From Eledone cirrhosa (Eukaryota), in contig OZ024741.1 of the NCBI GenBank assembly GCA_964016885.1, positions 296,918,001 through 296,982,000 on the forward strand: 64,000 bases of DNA. Reading direction: 5' to 3'. A program made the position numbers and the translations under genes. Each line of letters opens with the position of its first letter. Position 1 is the stretch's first letter. Shown piece after piece: positions 51,367 to 64,000 of the stretch. The notes under the pieces were generated by a model. The model had not been told where the DNA came from. It did not search any database and saw only the letters and a program-made list of their open reading frames with translations.

Positions 51367-54300
51367 TCACATGAAAACAGTTTGGCAGAGTTTTTTGGGC
51401 CAGTGGACTCTTCGACCGGAATGGGTCGTGGTCTTGTATGTAGGTGAAGGTGGGGCAGAAGAAGCAGGTGTATGCACAAGAGAGAAAGATTGGGGTATTT
51501 GTGGCTCGGGTCTATGAGCGTTATTGTATGCCCTTTTTAGTCTATCCACCGAAATTGTCTCTCTGGACCCCTTAATGTCTACAGTGAAATGATTGTCAGT
51601 ATGTGCTAACACACGGTAGGGTCCAGAGTACGGTTGTGTGAGGGGTGGAGTAACCGCCTCGTTTCTGACGAATACATGTGTCCACGAGGCAATATCCCTC
51701 GGGACTGCAGCTTTAATAGTTTGTTTCCTAGTATTCATCGGCGGTAAGTCCTGAAAATAGGAGCGAAAACGAGATACGTAGGAAACAGGGTCCTGGAAAG
51801 CAAGATCAACAGGGGAAAGCATTTGCCCAGGCAACGCTAGAGGAGCACCATACAGTAATTCGGCCGGGGAAAACCCAAGGTCCTCCTTTATTGATGACCG
51901 AATTACTAACAACACAATAGGAAGGTACTCGTTCCAACGTTGAGAGTCTGGATAGGCGCGAAGAGCGACCTTTAATTGGCGGTGGAATCGTTCCACCATT
52001 CCGTTTGAAGCAGGATGATGGGCTGTGGTCCGAATCCGTTGAGCGCCAATGATCTTTGTGAGCTCAGAGAAAAGATGAGACTCAAATTTTCTACTACGGT
52101 CTGTGGTGACTGTAGTTGGTACCCCAAAGCGGGTAATCCACCCTGGTACCAGGGCACGCGCTACAGTCTCAGCAGTTATATCTTTTAAAGGGATGGCTTC
52201 AGGCCATCGCGAAAAACGATCGATACAGGTCAAGAGGTACTAATATCCACTGCTGAATGGCCAAGGTCCAACGATATCAATGTGGATGTGTTGAAACCGA
52301 GCATCTGGAGTACTGAAAGTACCAAGTGGAGTCCGGATGTGTCTGTGGATTTTAGATCTCTGACACTGTGTGCAGGAACGGCACCAGACAGTAATTTCTC
52401 GCCTCATATTGGGCCAGAAAAATCTAGCCGCTATAAGCTTTACTGTGGCAGAAATTCCTGGGTGAGAAATGCTGTGCAAAGCAAAGAACACAATTCGACG
52501 GTGAGTCTCAGGAACAAATGGTCGTGGTGAATCCGTAGATACATCACATAGAATCTGCCTGTCGGTGGTCGACAAGGGCAGATATTTGAAGATGCAAGTC
52601 GCAAATTCGGCAGAAAGAGTATCCAACGATTGGAGTGCAGCTAAACGACCTAAGTCGATCTCCTGGGATGACGAGATGGAGCTGATTGGCAAACGTGACA
52701 ATGCGTCTGCAGCTAAGTTATGCGAGCCAGCAATGTGCTGGATATCATTTGTAAATTGCGAAACATAATCTAGGTGCCTTGTCTCTCTGGGCGAATATCT
52801 GTCGGCTTTAGCCCTCAAAGCGAAGGTCAGGGGTTTGTAGTTGGTTAAAACAGTAAAATTTCTCCCCTTAAGAATATGAGAAAAATGTTTCACCGACAGA
52901 TATATGGCTAATAATTCCCGCCCAAACGTGCTGTAACGCGTTTCTGCTGGTTTCAGCTTCCTCGAGAAAAATGCCAAAGGTTGTTGGTTTCCAGCGTTGA
53001 ACTGCTGTAAAACTGCTCCCACGGCGGTATCAGATGCATCAACACAAAGCGAAAGCTTGGCCTCTGGTACCGGGTGGGCTAGCAAAGATGAACTAGCGAG
53101 TGCTGTCTTGGCAGTCTGGAAGTCTTGAAGCTGTCCTTGTGCCAAGGAAATATCCTCATTCTTCTTACGACGATTTTTCAAAATGTCAGTAAGGGAAGAT
53201 AGCAAATTAGCACAATGAGGAACGAAACACCTATAGAAATTGATTAGGCCTAAGAATTGACGCAACTGGTGAAGTGTAGTAGGCGGAGGTAAATCCTGTA
53301 TGGCTTGTACTCGCTGAGGGAGCGGCCTAATACCTTCGGCGTCGATGAGGTGGCCTAAAAAATTTAGCGAAGTGGAACCGAAAACACACTTTGCATGATT
53401 CACACGAACGCGGTAATCCTGAAGTCGCCGAAATAAGAGATGCATGTGGCGCATATGCTCTTCCGGAGAGGAACTAGCGACGAGAATGTTGTCTATGTAA
53501 GCATAAACGAAGTCCAGACCACGAGTGACTTCGTCTATGAACCGCTGAAAAGTGCTAGCGGCGTTCCTGAGTCCGAAAGGCATGGTCAAAAATTCGAAGG
53601 ATCCGAAAGGAGTTGTAATCGCCGTTTTCGGAATATCCTCCTTCCTGACCGGAATTTGGGGGTAGGCTCGCACTAAATCTAGTTTTGAGAAAACCTTACA
53701 CCCCTGCAAGGAAGATGCGAAATCCTGGCGATGGGGAATGGGATACCTATCCGGGATGGTTATAGCATTTCTATAATCCCCAGTGGGTCTCCAGTCGCCG
53801 GAAGTCTTGGGCACCATGTGTAACGGTGAAGCCCAAGAACTCGTAGATGGGCGAATAATGCCCAGCTGCAGCATATGGTCGAACTCGGACCGTTCTGCCT
53901 TTAATTTGTCCGCCGGTAAGCGGCGTGGACGCGAAAACACTGGAGCACCGGTGGTGGAAATGAAATGTTCAGTTGAGTGTGTTGGCTCAGTGACTCGAAA
54001 ATTTCCATCGGTGAGCTCCGGGAAAGAACCTAACAACGAATGGTAGGCGTCTCCAGCGGCAGCGATGAAGAATATGGGGCTGACTGTTGGAGCATTGGCC
54101 TTCCGACTACGAATTGAGAAACCGGTGATGTCATCCACCAGGCGTTGGCCACGGACGTCCACAGTCAAAGAGAAGTTGTGGAGGAAATCCGCTCCTAAGA
54201 TAGGGTATGGCAAATTGGCAACCGTAAAAATCCAGTTAAAATCCCTACAAAGATTTAGGAATTTGAGAGGAAGCGAGATTTGCCCGTACGTCTTTATAGA

Positions 54301-54477
54301 CGAGTGATTAACGGCCTGCAGAGTAACGGATGACTCTACGGGGGTATCTTTCAGGCAATGGACCGGCCAAATACTACAGGAGGCTCCTGTATCCACGAGG
54401 AAACCTCTTCCCGACATAAGGTCCTTAATGAAGAAATGGCGGTTTGGTGGCTTTATGTTGAGGTCAACTGCCCCCAT
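51367..54477 (-). pseudogene. Gypsy pol (protease-RT-RNase H-integrase) with one in-frame TAG (52240-52242) and RT YIDN
   Basis: [41 protein letters not shown]35E-type core. The two ORFs are in the same frame. Confidence 0.9.
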
Positions 54478-54731
54478 CAGCCGACCTCTTTGGCGTTTCC
54501 CGCCTTATGAAATGAGCAAGGTTGCACGCAGTGGTTCGCGCTCTCGGCGAATCGCTCATGGTACCCGCATAAAGATGAAGCTGGTGACTTTGGACGGCGT
54601 CTAAAAGATTGAGATCTCCCGTGGCTGCGGGGGCGCGAACGGGCACCACACCAGACCTTCATCTTCTGGAGCTCCAGGGTGAGTTCCTGAATGGACTTCT
54701 GCATCGCCATAATGGCTGAATTAGATGCCAT
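54477..54731 (-). CDS. Short gag-like ORF (C-terminal part only) with -1 frameshift site into pol
   Basis: MASNS...[31 protein letters not shown]; slippery G-GGA-AAC at 54495-54501; pol is in the -1 frame. Confidence 0.6.
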   Translation of the reverse strand: MASNSAIMAMQKSIQELTLELQKMKVWCGARSRPRSHGRSQSFRRRPKSPASSLCGYHERFAESANHCVQPCSFHKAGNAKEVG

Positions 54732-55289
54732 TGTTATACCGTAGGTAATCTGCCAAAAAAAAATCGTCTCCGTTTGGAAAAATGTCTCCAACACAACAGA
54801 AAAGGAAAACAAAATTGCTTATTTTTCTCTGTCAAACAACTGGACAGGAAAAAGAATGCATCCGAGACTATTTGCAAAGGAGCGACTAACCGAGCGATGT
54901 CATTAACAAGGTATAGGCAGGGAACTTAAAACTAAAACCAGCATGGCGGACTATTTCACGCCAAAAACACTATTGATGGAGAAGAAAGCCGCTATCTTGT
55001 CATCCTCAAAATTTTTAGCCAGAGAAAAGAAGAAAAGGAGAAAAAAAAGGAAAAACATTCATACAATTGCTATTTGTTTGTGTGTAAATAACTTTGGGTG
55101 TTCGTTTTGCACATATGAAGAGTTTGATGTTAAGTGTTACAGAGAAATATGTTTAGATCGGTCAATACAGCCATATCAGAATCAAGTTCTGTATTACATG
55201 TTTTTTTCTCTCTCTCTTTTTTTATATATACACATGGTACTATTTCCCATTCTTTTTTTTTTTTTTTTTTTTAAGCGTCAGGTCACCAA

Positions 55290-55698
55290 TTTAGGATATT
55301 AGTATCAATGTATATAAATATTATCAAGAATGACAATAATTTCAGGTGAGTGTTGTGACATGGTTTTACTTCACAGAAGTCAAATAAATTGATATAAACA
55401 TGTTGATGTTCAGTTGGTCACAACTCCCAGACTGGAGTGTGTAGAGAAGAACAGAAATCTTCTCTTGGTAAGGTTCTTCTTGTTCCTTCGAAGTTCAGGA
55501 TGCGAGAGAGAGTTTTGCCTTGATTGTTCTCAAATATATAGTCCCCAGGGGGACGCAACTCCATTTAGTACATGAATCTGCCAATGGGAGTCGCAACCGT
55601 CGCAAAGGGACGTAACTCCTATACGTGCTGAGTTACGACCGTCGTAAAGGGACGCAACTCCTATACGTGCTGAGTCACAGCCGTGAGGGGCCGCTACA
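55290..55698 (-). repeat. 5' LTR
   Basis: Direct repeat of 50809-51226, followed on the minus strand by the PBS. Confidence 0.92.
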
Positions 55699-55757
55699 CC
55701 AGTTTACGAATTACATTCGCCATATCCCTGGTGAACAAAAGTGTGGTTAAGTAGTAA

Positions 55758-55954
55758 ACTTCACAACACAGATGAAGGTGTGTCTGTGAGGTTAAGGAGT
55801 TTACTTCAAAACACAGATGAAGGTGGGTCTGTGAGGTTAAGGAGTTCACTTCACAACACAGATGAAGGTGTGTCTGTGAGGTTAAGGAGTTTACTTCACA
55901 ACACAGATGAAGGTGTGTCTGTGAGGTTAAGGAGTTCACTTCACAACACAGATG
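55758..55954. repeat. ~44-bp minisatellite, about 4.5 copies
   Basis: acttcacaacacagatgaaggtgtgtctgtgaggttaaggagtt repeated. Confidence 0.92.
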
Positions 55955-57747
55955 GTTCCAGAGGCTCATCGTCGAATAGTTTTCGACTCTCTACACAGTG
56001 TGGCACACCCCGGAATTTCAACCACAGTGAAACTCATTTCGGCTAGATTCTTCTGGGCGAATATGAAACGTGATATCACTGCTGTTGTGGTCACGTTCCT
56101 GTTTGTCTTGTCAGAAGTCGAAGGTGCATAAGCATATTCGCGTACCTCTCGGCACATTTTGTACTCCAGACGCTCGTTTCAGCCATGTGCACATTGATCT
56201 TGTTGGGCCTTGGCCAGTCAGTCAGGGATTAACGTGTCTCCTTACCTGTATCGACCGCTTCACACGTTGGCTTGAAACCATTCCTTTAAGTGACATTTCG
56301 GCAGAATCTGTAGCGCGAGCCCTGGAATCGGGTTGGATATCGCGTTACAGTGTCCCTACCACAGTCACCACCGACCGTGGTAGACAATTCGAGTCTCATC
56401 TGTTCCTGGAGCTTTCGAAGATTTTAGGAGTACAGCGCATTCGGACTACCAGCTACCATCCAGCTTACAACGGTATGGTAGAACGCTTCCACCGCCAATT
56501 GAAGGCCACCTTGCGTGCTTATCTTGATCAGCAGCGTTGGAGAGAGTACCTACCCATTGTCCTTCTTGGCTGTCGTTCAGCAATCAAAGAAGATCTCGGA
56601 TACTCCCCCAGCTGAGCTGGTTTACGGAATACCTTTATCTCTGCCGGGTCAGATGTTGGCCCCAGTTGACTTATCTTTGTCAGATCCCACTGTGTACGTA
56701 AACAGATTTCGATCGTATTTTAACGATCTTCCGCCTCGGCAACAAACTATTAAATCTTTGGTTCCGAAGGACATTACTTCATGGACCCATGTGTTCCTTA
56801 GGAAGGACACCGTGAGAGGTCCTCTCACACCGCCCTACACAGGACCTTATTGTGTTCTTTCGCACACGAACAAACTTTTCACCATAGACATTTGTGGGAG
56901 AAAAGAAACTGTCTCCATGGATAGGGTGAAACAAGCTTTTTCAGACACTCTTATACCGGAGCCCCATACACCCGCCACACACACTGTTCATCATCAAACG
57001 CAGGCTAAACCTTCACAATTGCACACATCTTCCCCCGCCCCTCCATCTACACATGTCACGACTACACGAAGTGGCCGCCGCGTTCACTGGCCCACCAAGC
57101 TTTGCAAGACTATTTATATATGAACTAATTTGTTTAGAACAAACTTTGAGCTTGCCTTAAAGCACAGGTTCTCAACCCATTTGGGCTAAACGCTCCCTTT
57201 TGCCCCTCGAAATCCTATTTTTCCATTTCTCAATATACTACTGATTTTGATATCAGTAGATTACTGAGCCAAATTAAATTATGTTAGAATCTTTAAAAAA
57301 ATCTTTAAAAATACTCGTACGAATTAAATACAAATAAGTTTCAGTCCAAAACAAAAGCAAACTATTTCAAATTATATATTTTTGAAAAATAGCGTGAAAG
57401 TTCTCAAAGACTTGATCTCAGTCGAAAAATCTTTTTTCTTTAAATTCTATATTTCACGGTTAGCTGTTGCAATATTTTACGTGGATAGACAATTCTACAA
57501 TTCAAACTGTAAAGTCAAAATACAAAAGATGCAAAGTATGAAGAATTTCTTACCTTTCTCTGGAATCACAAACTCAAGCGAAAAATAGTACCTTGCAAAA
57601 TAAAATACCTCGATCACAAACTTAGTTGCAACGAATGAATTGAGATGCTTGGTGACAGTGAGTAAACAATATCTGTATCCCTTATATATATATATACATA
57701 GATAGATACACACACACATGCACACACACACATACATACACACAAAC

Positions 57748-57855
<108 letters not shown>

Positions 57856-57946
57856 CTTGATTTTTGGTACAGAAAGAATTTTGTCTCCAGTTTTTATTGC
57901 CGGGTCAAAGGTCAATGCTCTTTCAACAACGTCAAATAACAACGCC

Positions 57947-58027
<81 letters not shown>

Positions 58028-58095
58028 GAGAGAAAGAGACAGAGAGAGTAAAAAATGTGTGTGTGTGTTTGGTACACGCCTATCTATCCATATAT

Positions 58096-58132
<37 letters not shown>

Positions 58133-58224
58133 CAACATGGGGCTCAAACATGCGGCCCCCGAAACTACTTTTCTATGGCCCGTGGTAGAACCAATATTTC
58201 AGATTCATTACAACTGGTGAAAAT

Positions 58225-58985
<761 letters not shown>

Positions 58986-59206
58986 GTTATATTTGGGGAG
59001 GGTCATATTTGCGTAATATTGCCAGAATTAATAACAGAACACACTCACTGTTTGGTTGGTTTTCGCTTCTCGCTGTCTTTTATATCTGCGATCTAACTTA
59101 CTCGGTCCTCAATGTTGCCATTGACTGACCGGCGGTCAAAAATAATACAGATACAATATAGACACAAACACATATATATATATATATATATAGTTTACAT
59201 AATTTA

Positions 59207-59246
59207 CATAAATCTTTCGTTGCACATCTGCAACATCGTCAGTGGT
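59207..59246 (-). ncRNA. Hammerhead-ribozyme motif in the pLTR
   Basis: ca-CTGACGA-t-gttgca-gatg-tgcaac-GAAA-gat-TTA-tg on the minus strand. Confidence 0.65.
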
Positions 59247-59525
59247 GTTATATTCATTGTTCCTCCTGTTGTGTTGTATGTCTACGCCATTTTTTTTGTT
59301 CAGTCTGTCTATATATTTATTTATTTATTTGCTTGTTTGTTTATCATATTTTATTTTGTCTTCTTTGCGCATGCGTTTGCGTGTGTGTATAGTGTTATGT
59401 GTGATGTGTGACTAGTGTGTATAGTGTTGTGTCTACTGGGTGACTAGTGTGTGTTTATGTGCTTGTTGTTATTGTGCTTGTGTATGTATTTATTTATCTT
59501 ATTTTATTTTATTTTATTTACTTAT

Positions 59526-61860
59526 TTATACTTCTCTTAGGTCAGTGTTGTTTGTTTGGGTGTTGTTGTTGTTCCACTCATTCTTTCTGTTTAGCTTTGG
59601 TCTTCTAATTTCTATTTCACTGGCCTCTCTGATTTGCCTATCTGCTGGGTCATTCCTATGTTTAGATATTATTCTAATTTCTATGTTGTCTATGTTACCG
59701 TCATGTTGTTGTCTAGCATGTTCGTATAGTACTGACCCGTTTTTTCGTCCTTTTAGTTCCCCCCAGTGTTGGTCTATCCTTTCACCTATGCTACGAGCTG
59801 TCTCACCTATGTATGTTGTTGTCATGTTTCTGCAAGTACCCTCTGTACATCTTATGCTATAGACTACGTTTCTAGTTTTACAGTTTATCCGGGGGTTCAC
59901 CTTACATATGATACATTTCCTATTGGTACAGTGGGTTTTCTTAAAAGGGTAGGTTTTGCTGATCAGGGATTTTATGGTGGTTCCTGGCTTTTCTACCACC
60001 TTTATTTTTAAGTGGGTCTTTCTCAGGGCCTTTCTACACTGGTTAGCTAATTTCCCTCCAGGGGTGGCGTCCACAAACATGACACTCTGATATCTCTGGT
60101 TGTCGTACCATGATGTGGCCTTCCCTATCTTATGTCTAGCCCTATCTAAGCTATTCCATGATTTGCTCCTGTATAGTGGGCAAATTCCTTTCATGTCCAG
60201 TTCTATGAGGGTCTTATACTTTTCCATGGCTCCTTCGTATACTCTGACTCTGTCTCTTTGGTTGTAGCCAGAGAACTGCATGCGGTTGATGAAGTGTTGG
60301 ATGTGTCCTTCCATTTCTGTTGGGTCGCACATGCTGGACACATTCTTCATCACTCGTACCAAATCTGCGATCAGAATATTAAACTTAGCACTACTGGACA
60401 TTGCTGAGTTTTTGAGTATCAGGTATTTGGAGGCCATGGGTTTAGCATAGTGTGAGTGGAGAATTTGGGCTCTCTCGTCTATAGTGTTAATCCAGAGTTC
60501 TGTGTCTAATACAGGTAGTCTATTGTTAGGGTGTTTGGAAGGGAAGTTTATAGTTACAGTTATACTCTGGTGTATGGAATTAGCTATCTGCTGGATGCTT
60601 TCCATCGTGCTACGTTCTAAATCAAACTTTTTAGTGCTCTCTAGTGGGGGTGTTCTTATAACTATATTGATATCGTCTACATAACGAGAGTACATGATGA
60701 GGTCTATGGAGCTTTCATTAAGGAGATCTTTAAGTCTCCTTTCCCACCATACCATGAAAAGGTTGGCAACATCACCAGCTATGCTGACGCCGATGGCTGC
60801 TCCCTCATTTTGGGTGTAGATTTTCTCATTGAACTTAAATATGTGGCCCTTTAGGGTAGTTTTGGTACTAGCCACTATTGCATGTGCGACCATTTTTCTT
60901 ACCTGATCAGTGTTTTGGGGGGTCCGTATAGCTTTGGTCCACCCAATCCACCTTCCTATGGGAGTCTTTTTAGCCATTGAGGTTATGGTGGGGGGGGGGT
61001 CTACCTCTTATAGGTCTACTAGGGCAGAAACATCTAAGGTCATGGCTGTCTAGGTAGTCAGTGTCGTAGGTAAGTCTAAGTAGGATGCCCAGTTCGTCTG
61101 TGTCGACGTCGCAGAACTCCACCTCACTCTCAATGATCATCTCCACACATCTTTTCACAGCAAAATCAATGTTAATGGATGGGTACAGTGACACCACATC
61201 CATGCTGCCTATTATGCAGTTGGATAGGCTCCTGTTTTTGTTGCACTCACTGATTCTGCTGAGGAGGTCCTCTGTACTTTCACATACATCTGGGGACATC
61301 TTGATTATGGGGCGTATAACCATTGAGAGGAAGTAGGAGATCCTGTAGTTGCTAGCTATATTAGCTCCGCATACGGGTCTTGTTGGTGGTCCTGTTGTCG
61401 GGTCGTCGACTGTCTTGTGGTCTTTGCGGAGCCCATACAAGGGTGGTATGCCATTGTTAGACGCCTGGAAGTTGTTGGCAGTGCGTCTGCTTGGCTTTAG
61501 GATGTCAGTCCACATCATCATGTGAGCGTTGAGGATTTTTTCTCTCCCATCGTGTGTTAGTTGTGCAACTTCGCTCGTGTTGGTGATGTGGGTTTGCATT
61601 GCCTCGATATAGTTCGGCATGATATCTATTGACATCCTACCAGACTTATCTGTGGGTAGACACACTACCTCACCATCCCTTGTGCGCTGCCTGAGGCTAA
61701 CCAAGCCTTCTACAGGTTTTATCCCAAGTTGTTGGGCCTCTGGTCTGCTCTGTCTCATAGTGTACCTGTCTACTACTTGTCTAATCTTATTTCTAGCTAT
61801 GGTGAACTGTGCCTCCGTCTCGTCATCTATTTGCTGTGGTATGCAAACTCTTTTATTAAA
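59526..61860 (-). pseudogene. PLE reverse transcriptase-GIY-YIG endonuclease, with one frameshift at or near the G-run at about 60990-60999
   Basis: PTDKSG, LYGLRKDHK, TRPVC, SMDVVSLYPSI | YTQNEGAAIG, RYVDD, LPVLD, Cys linker CTNRKCIIC, VVYSIRC..C...YIGETARSIGERIDQH, REASEI, LNRKNEW. Confidence 0.88.
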
Positions 61861-62012
61861 GAATATAAAAGACAGCGAGAAGCGAAAACCAACCAAACAG
61901 TGAGTGTGTTCTGTTATTAATTCTGGCAATATTACGCAAATATGACCCTCCCCAAATATAACAATATCTGTTTCGACACACGATTTCATATAAAAAAACC
62001 TCGCAAAACTAA

Positions 62013-62191
<179 letters not shown>

Positions 62192-62307
62192 TTAGAAATT
62201 ATAAGCTTTCACCGTATTTTAGACTAAAGAAATTTCTAGCCTGATAGTGGGGGTTTATAACCCTCGGAGAAATGGAAAAAGATTAGTGTTGCCGTACATG
62301 TTTATAT

Positions 62308-63822
62308 TTATAATTTGCTAGCTAATGGTGTGGCCACCTCCATATTATATGGTGGATTATACCAACAAATGCGACGGGATCTATTTCTTCTAGGTCTATT
62401 TTCGTACTCTGTATATGCTACCTTATCGACAAATCCACTTCGAGCAAGAGCTTCATTGTAATAAGTGGAATGGTCGTTGAAAATACGCTCGTTGGTGGAA
62501 AGACGGGAAAGCCTCAATGAAATGTTTCTTACCAGGTTCTTGGTTATGCTGGCAGGATGGTTGGAATGCTTACTTATGTAATTAAGCGTATCATTCGGCT
62601 TTCTATACGGGTAATACAACCCATTCAATAAATTGAGGGTAACGTCGAGGTAATTAACGACCGAGAGATTGGCCTCAACCTGTATAGAGAGGTTGAAGCC
62701 TTTAAAGAAGGCTGTGAGTTCTTTTCTGAACCTGTCGCAAGCACGAGGTCCGCACTTAGTCATGGTCAAGAGACCATCGTCACGGTACAAACCACCGCCC
62801 GCGTTGGGGAATTCGTCCTTGATAGAGGAAAGAAGGAAAAGGCCGATAAGATCAGTAACCTCCGCAGAATCACTGGCGCCCATACTCACGTCGAATGGGG
62901 TACTATTGGATTTTTTAATCCAAATAGAGTCGTCGAAATTAATCACCGACTTTCGGGCATTGAGGATGACATCAACTTCGAAATCCTTAACCACTGTGAG
63001 TGTTTTAGCGAAATTGATAGCTCTAAGGAGAAGTGGTAAAGTGATGGAGGAGTAGTAATTGTTGATGTCGAATTGGATAAAACGGCAATGTTCCTTGTTA
63101 CATATGCCGTTGAACCAATCAATCACCGCGAAAGAATTGTTCCACAGTGCAAGAGGGGCCAAACTTCTAATTTCAGGTATAATTCTATCAAGAATCGTTT
63201 TACTAAGTCTACCTAAATCGGACTTCGTAGGGTTAATAAGCCGAATAGAGGGGTTGTTCGGAAAATTGGATTTATGATCCTTCAGGGTAAAGTGGGGAGA
63301 AATAGGGTCCAGAGGTTCGGTCCGGTCCAGGATGTTGAGATCAGATGTGATTTTAAACCCAGCATCGTTGATTTCATTGATGACGCACCGATTAGTTTTA
63401 CGGTAATCCTTAGTTACAGCATTATGTAGTAGTTTATGGTAAGTACTGCGCTCCACTTGATATAGGTTGCCAGTTTTGTCGGAATGGACGTGCACGGCAT
63501 TAGAATCCTTAATAGAACGAATTCTATTCTTCAGGTCTTGCTTGAAGGAATTGCTCCTATTCCGAAATTTGATACTCCGAATGAGTTCCAAGACATCATT
63601 TTCGAAGGGTAGCAATGCTGGGTTACACGGGGGGTTATTATAGGTTTTAAATCCAAATTTATCCTGTTTGTTGTCTGCTTTTCGCGGATTATCGAAATAA
63701 AAGGCACGCCAACGCAACCTTTTAATGAACGCGTCTGTTTTCTGTATCAGGAGTTTTAGATATGTTTTCCTGCTTGGTACGGGTATGTTCTTTGTAGAAA
63801 TATTCAGATGTTGTTTCTGCAT
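62308..63822 (-). CDS. Penelope-like reverse transcriptase of a second family; 3'-truncated before the GIY-YIG domain
   Basis: KNIPVPS, RLRWRAF, DKTGNLY, TLKDHK, RLINP, FDINNYYSSI, FDVSMGA, LYRDDGL, NYLDVTL, SNHP, WYNPPY; 504 aa open. Confidence 0.85.
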   Translation of the reverse strand: MQKQHLNISTKNIPVPSRKTYLKLLIQKTDAFIKRLRWRAFYFDNPRKADNKQDKFGFKTYNNPPCNPALLPFENDVLELIRSIKFRNRSNSFKQDLKNRIRSIKDSNAVHVHSDKTGNLYQVERSTYHKLLHNAVTKDYRKTNRCVINEINDAGFKITSDLNILDRTEPLDPISPHFTLKDHKSNFPNNPSIRLINPTKSDLGRLSKTILDRIIPEIRSLAPLALWNNSFAVIDWFNGICNKEHCRFIQFDINNYYSSITLPLLLRAINFAKTLTVVKDFEVDVILNARKSVINFDDSIWIKKSNSTPFDVSMGASDSAEVTDLIGLFLLSSIKDEFPNAGGGLYRDDGLLTMTKCGPRACDRFRKELTAFFKGFNLSIQVEANLSVVNYLDVTLNLLNGLYYPYRKPNDTLNYISKHSNHPASITKNLVRNISLRLSRLSTNERIFNDHSTYYNEALARSGFVDKVAYTEYENRPRRNRSRRICWYNPPYNMEVATPLASKL

Positions 63823-64000
63823 GATGAATGTAAGTCAGTAGAGTACTCAACCGAGGGAGCCAAATAGTAATAATAATAAATTTGAAGACTAAAATCCAAA
63901 GAGGGCTCGATAAGGATAAATATATATCAAATATATAAGAACCGTAGAGCAAATATTTATTAAAATAACAGATTAAAGTTTAAGCAAAGAATCGCTGCGT
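63823..64000 (-). repeat. 5' pLTR/UTR of the second Penelope-like element (runs off the window)
   Basis: Matches solo copies at 22746-22860 and 32585-32722. Confidence 0.7.

Larger units (their letters stand above)
50809..55698 (-). mobile_element. Ty3/Gypsy LTR retrotransposon with both LTRs, PBS, PPT and TSD
   Basis: LTRs at 55290-55698 (5') and 50809-51226 (3'), TG...AA; PBS TGGTGACC 55281-55288; PPT 51227-51240; TSD CCAG at 50805-50808 and 55699-55702. Confidence 0.93.
50225..57123 (+). mobile_element. Older, degenerate Gypsy pol fragment (RT end/RNase H 50225-50808; integrase 55699-57123), split by a nested Gypsy
   Basis: VDAS..VGAV..PLAFFSKRL..ETRYSTF.RELLAI..TDHRPL..REIRHLDFISQ resumes at 55700 as QFTNYIRHIPGEQ; then [37 protein letters not shown]. 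Confidence 0.85.

Noticed and set aside
55758-55954. CRISPR-like appearance of regular repeats (also 17320-17485 and 45143-45360)
   Set aside because: No unique spacers, eukaryotic context and no cas genes; these are minisatellites.
61860-61989. N-terminus of the 339-aa ORF ([16 protein letters not shown]...)
   Set aside because: It is read-through of the inverted pLTR, not real PLE protein.

Overview
Eukaryotic, AT-rich, microsatellite-dense DNA; the repeat families suggest a coleoid cephalopod such as octopus (inference, not proven). Most of the window is transposable elements: RTE LINEs (one intact 1031-aa ORF), a full-length but frameshifted L1/Tx1 LINE, two R4/Dong-type RLE LINEs, two Penelope-like elements plus many pLTR relics with hammerhead-ribozyme motifs, a Gypsy LTR element nested in another Gypsy (4-bp TSD), non-autonomous Helitrons, piggyBac-like MITEs, SINEs, and Tc1/mariner and hAT fragments. 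Among them is what looks like the only host gene, which the ORF track only partly captures: a spliced gene for a small secreted precursor (signal peptide, acidic propeptide, KR site, amphipathic helix, C-x3-C-x11-C-x3-C). Its coding exons are at 13092-13188 and 15854-15968. A candidate non-coding first exon near 4575-4602 follows a TATA box and two E-box/TC-box (PTF1-like) composite sites. All calls were made by eye, without database searches.
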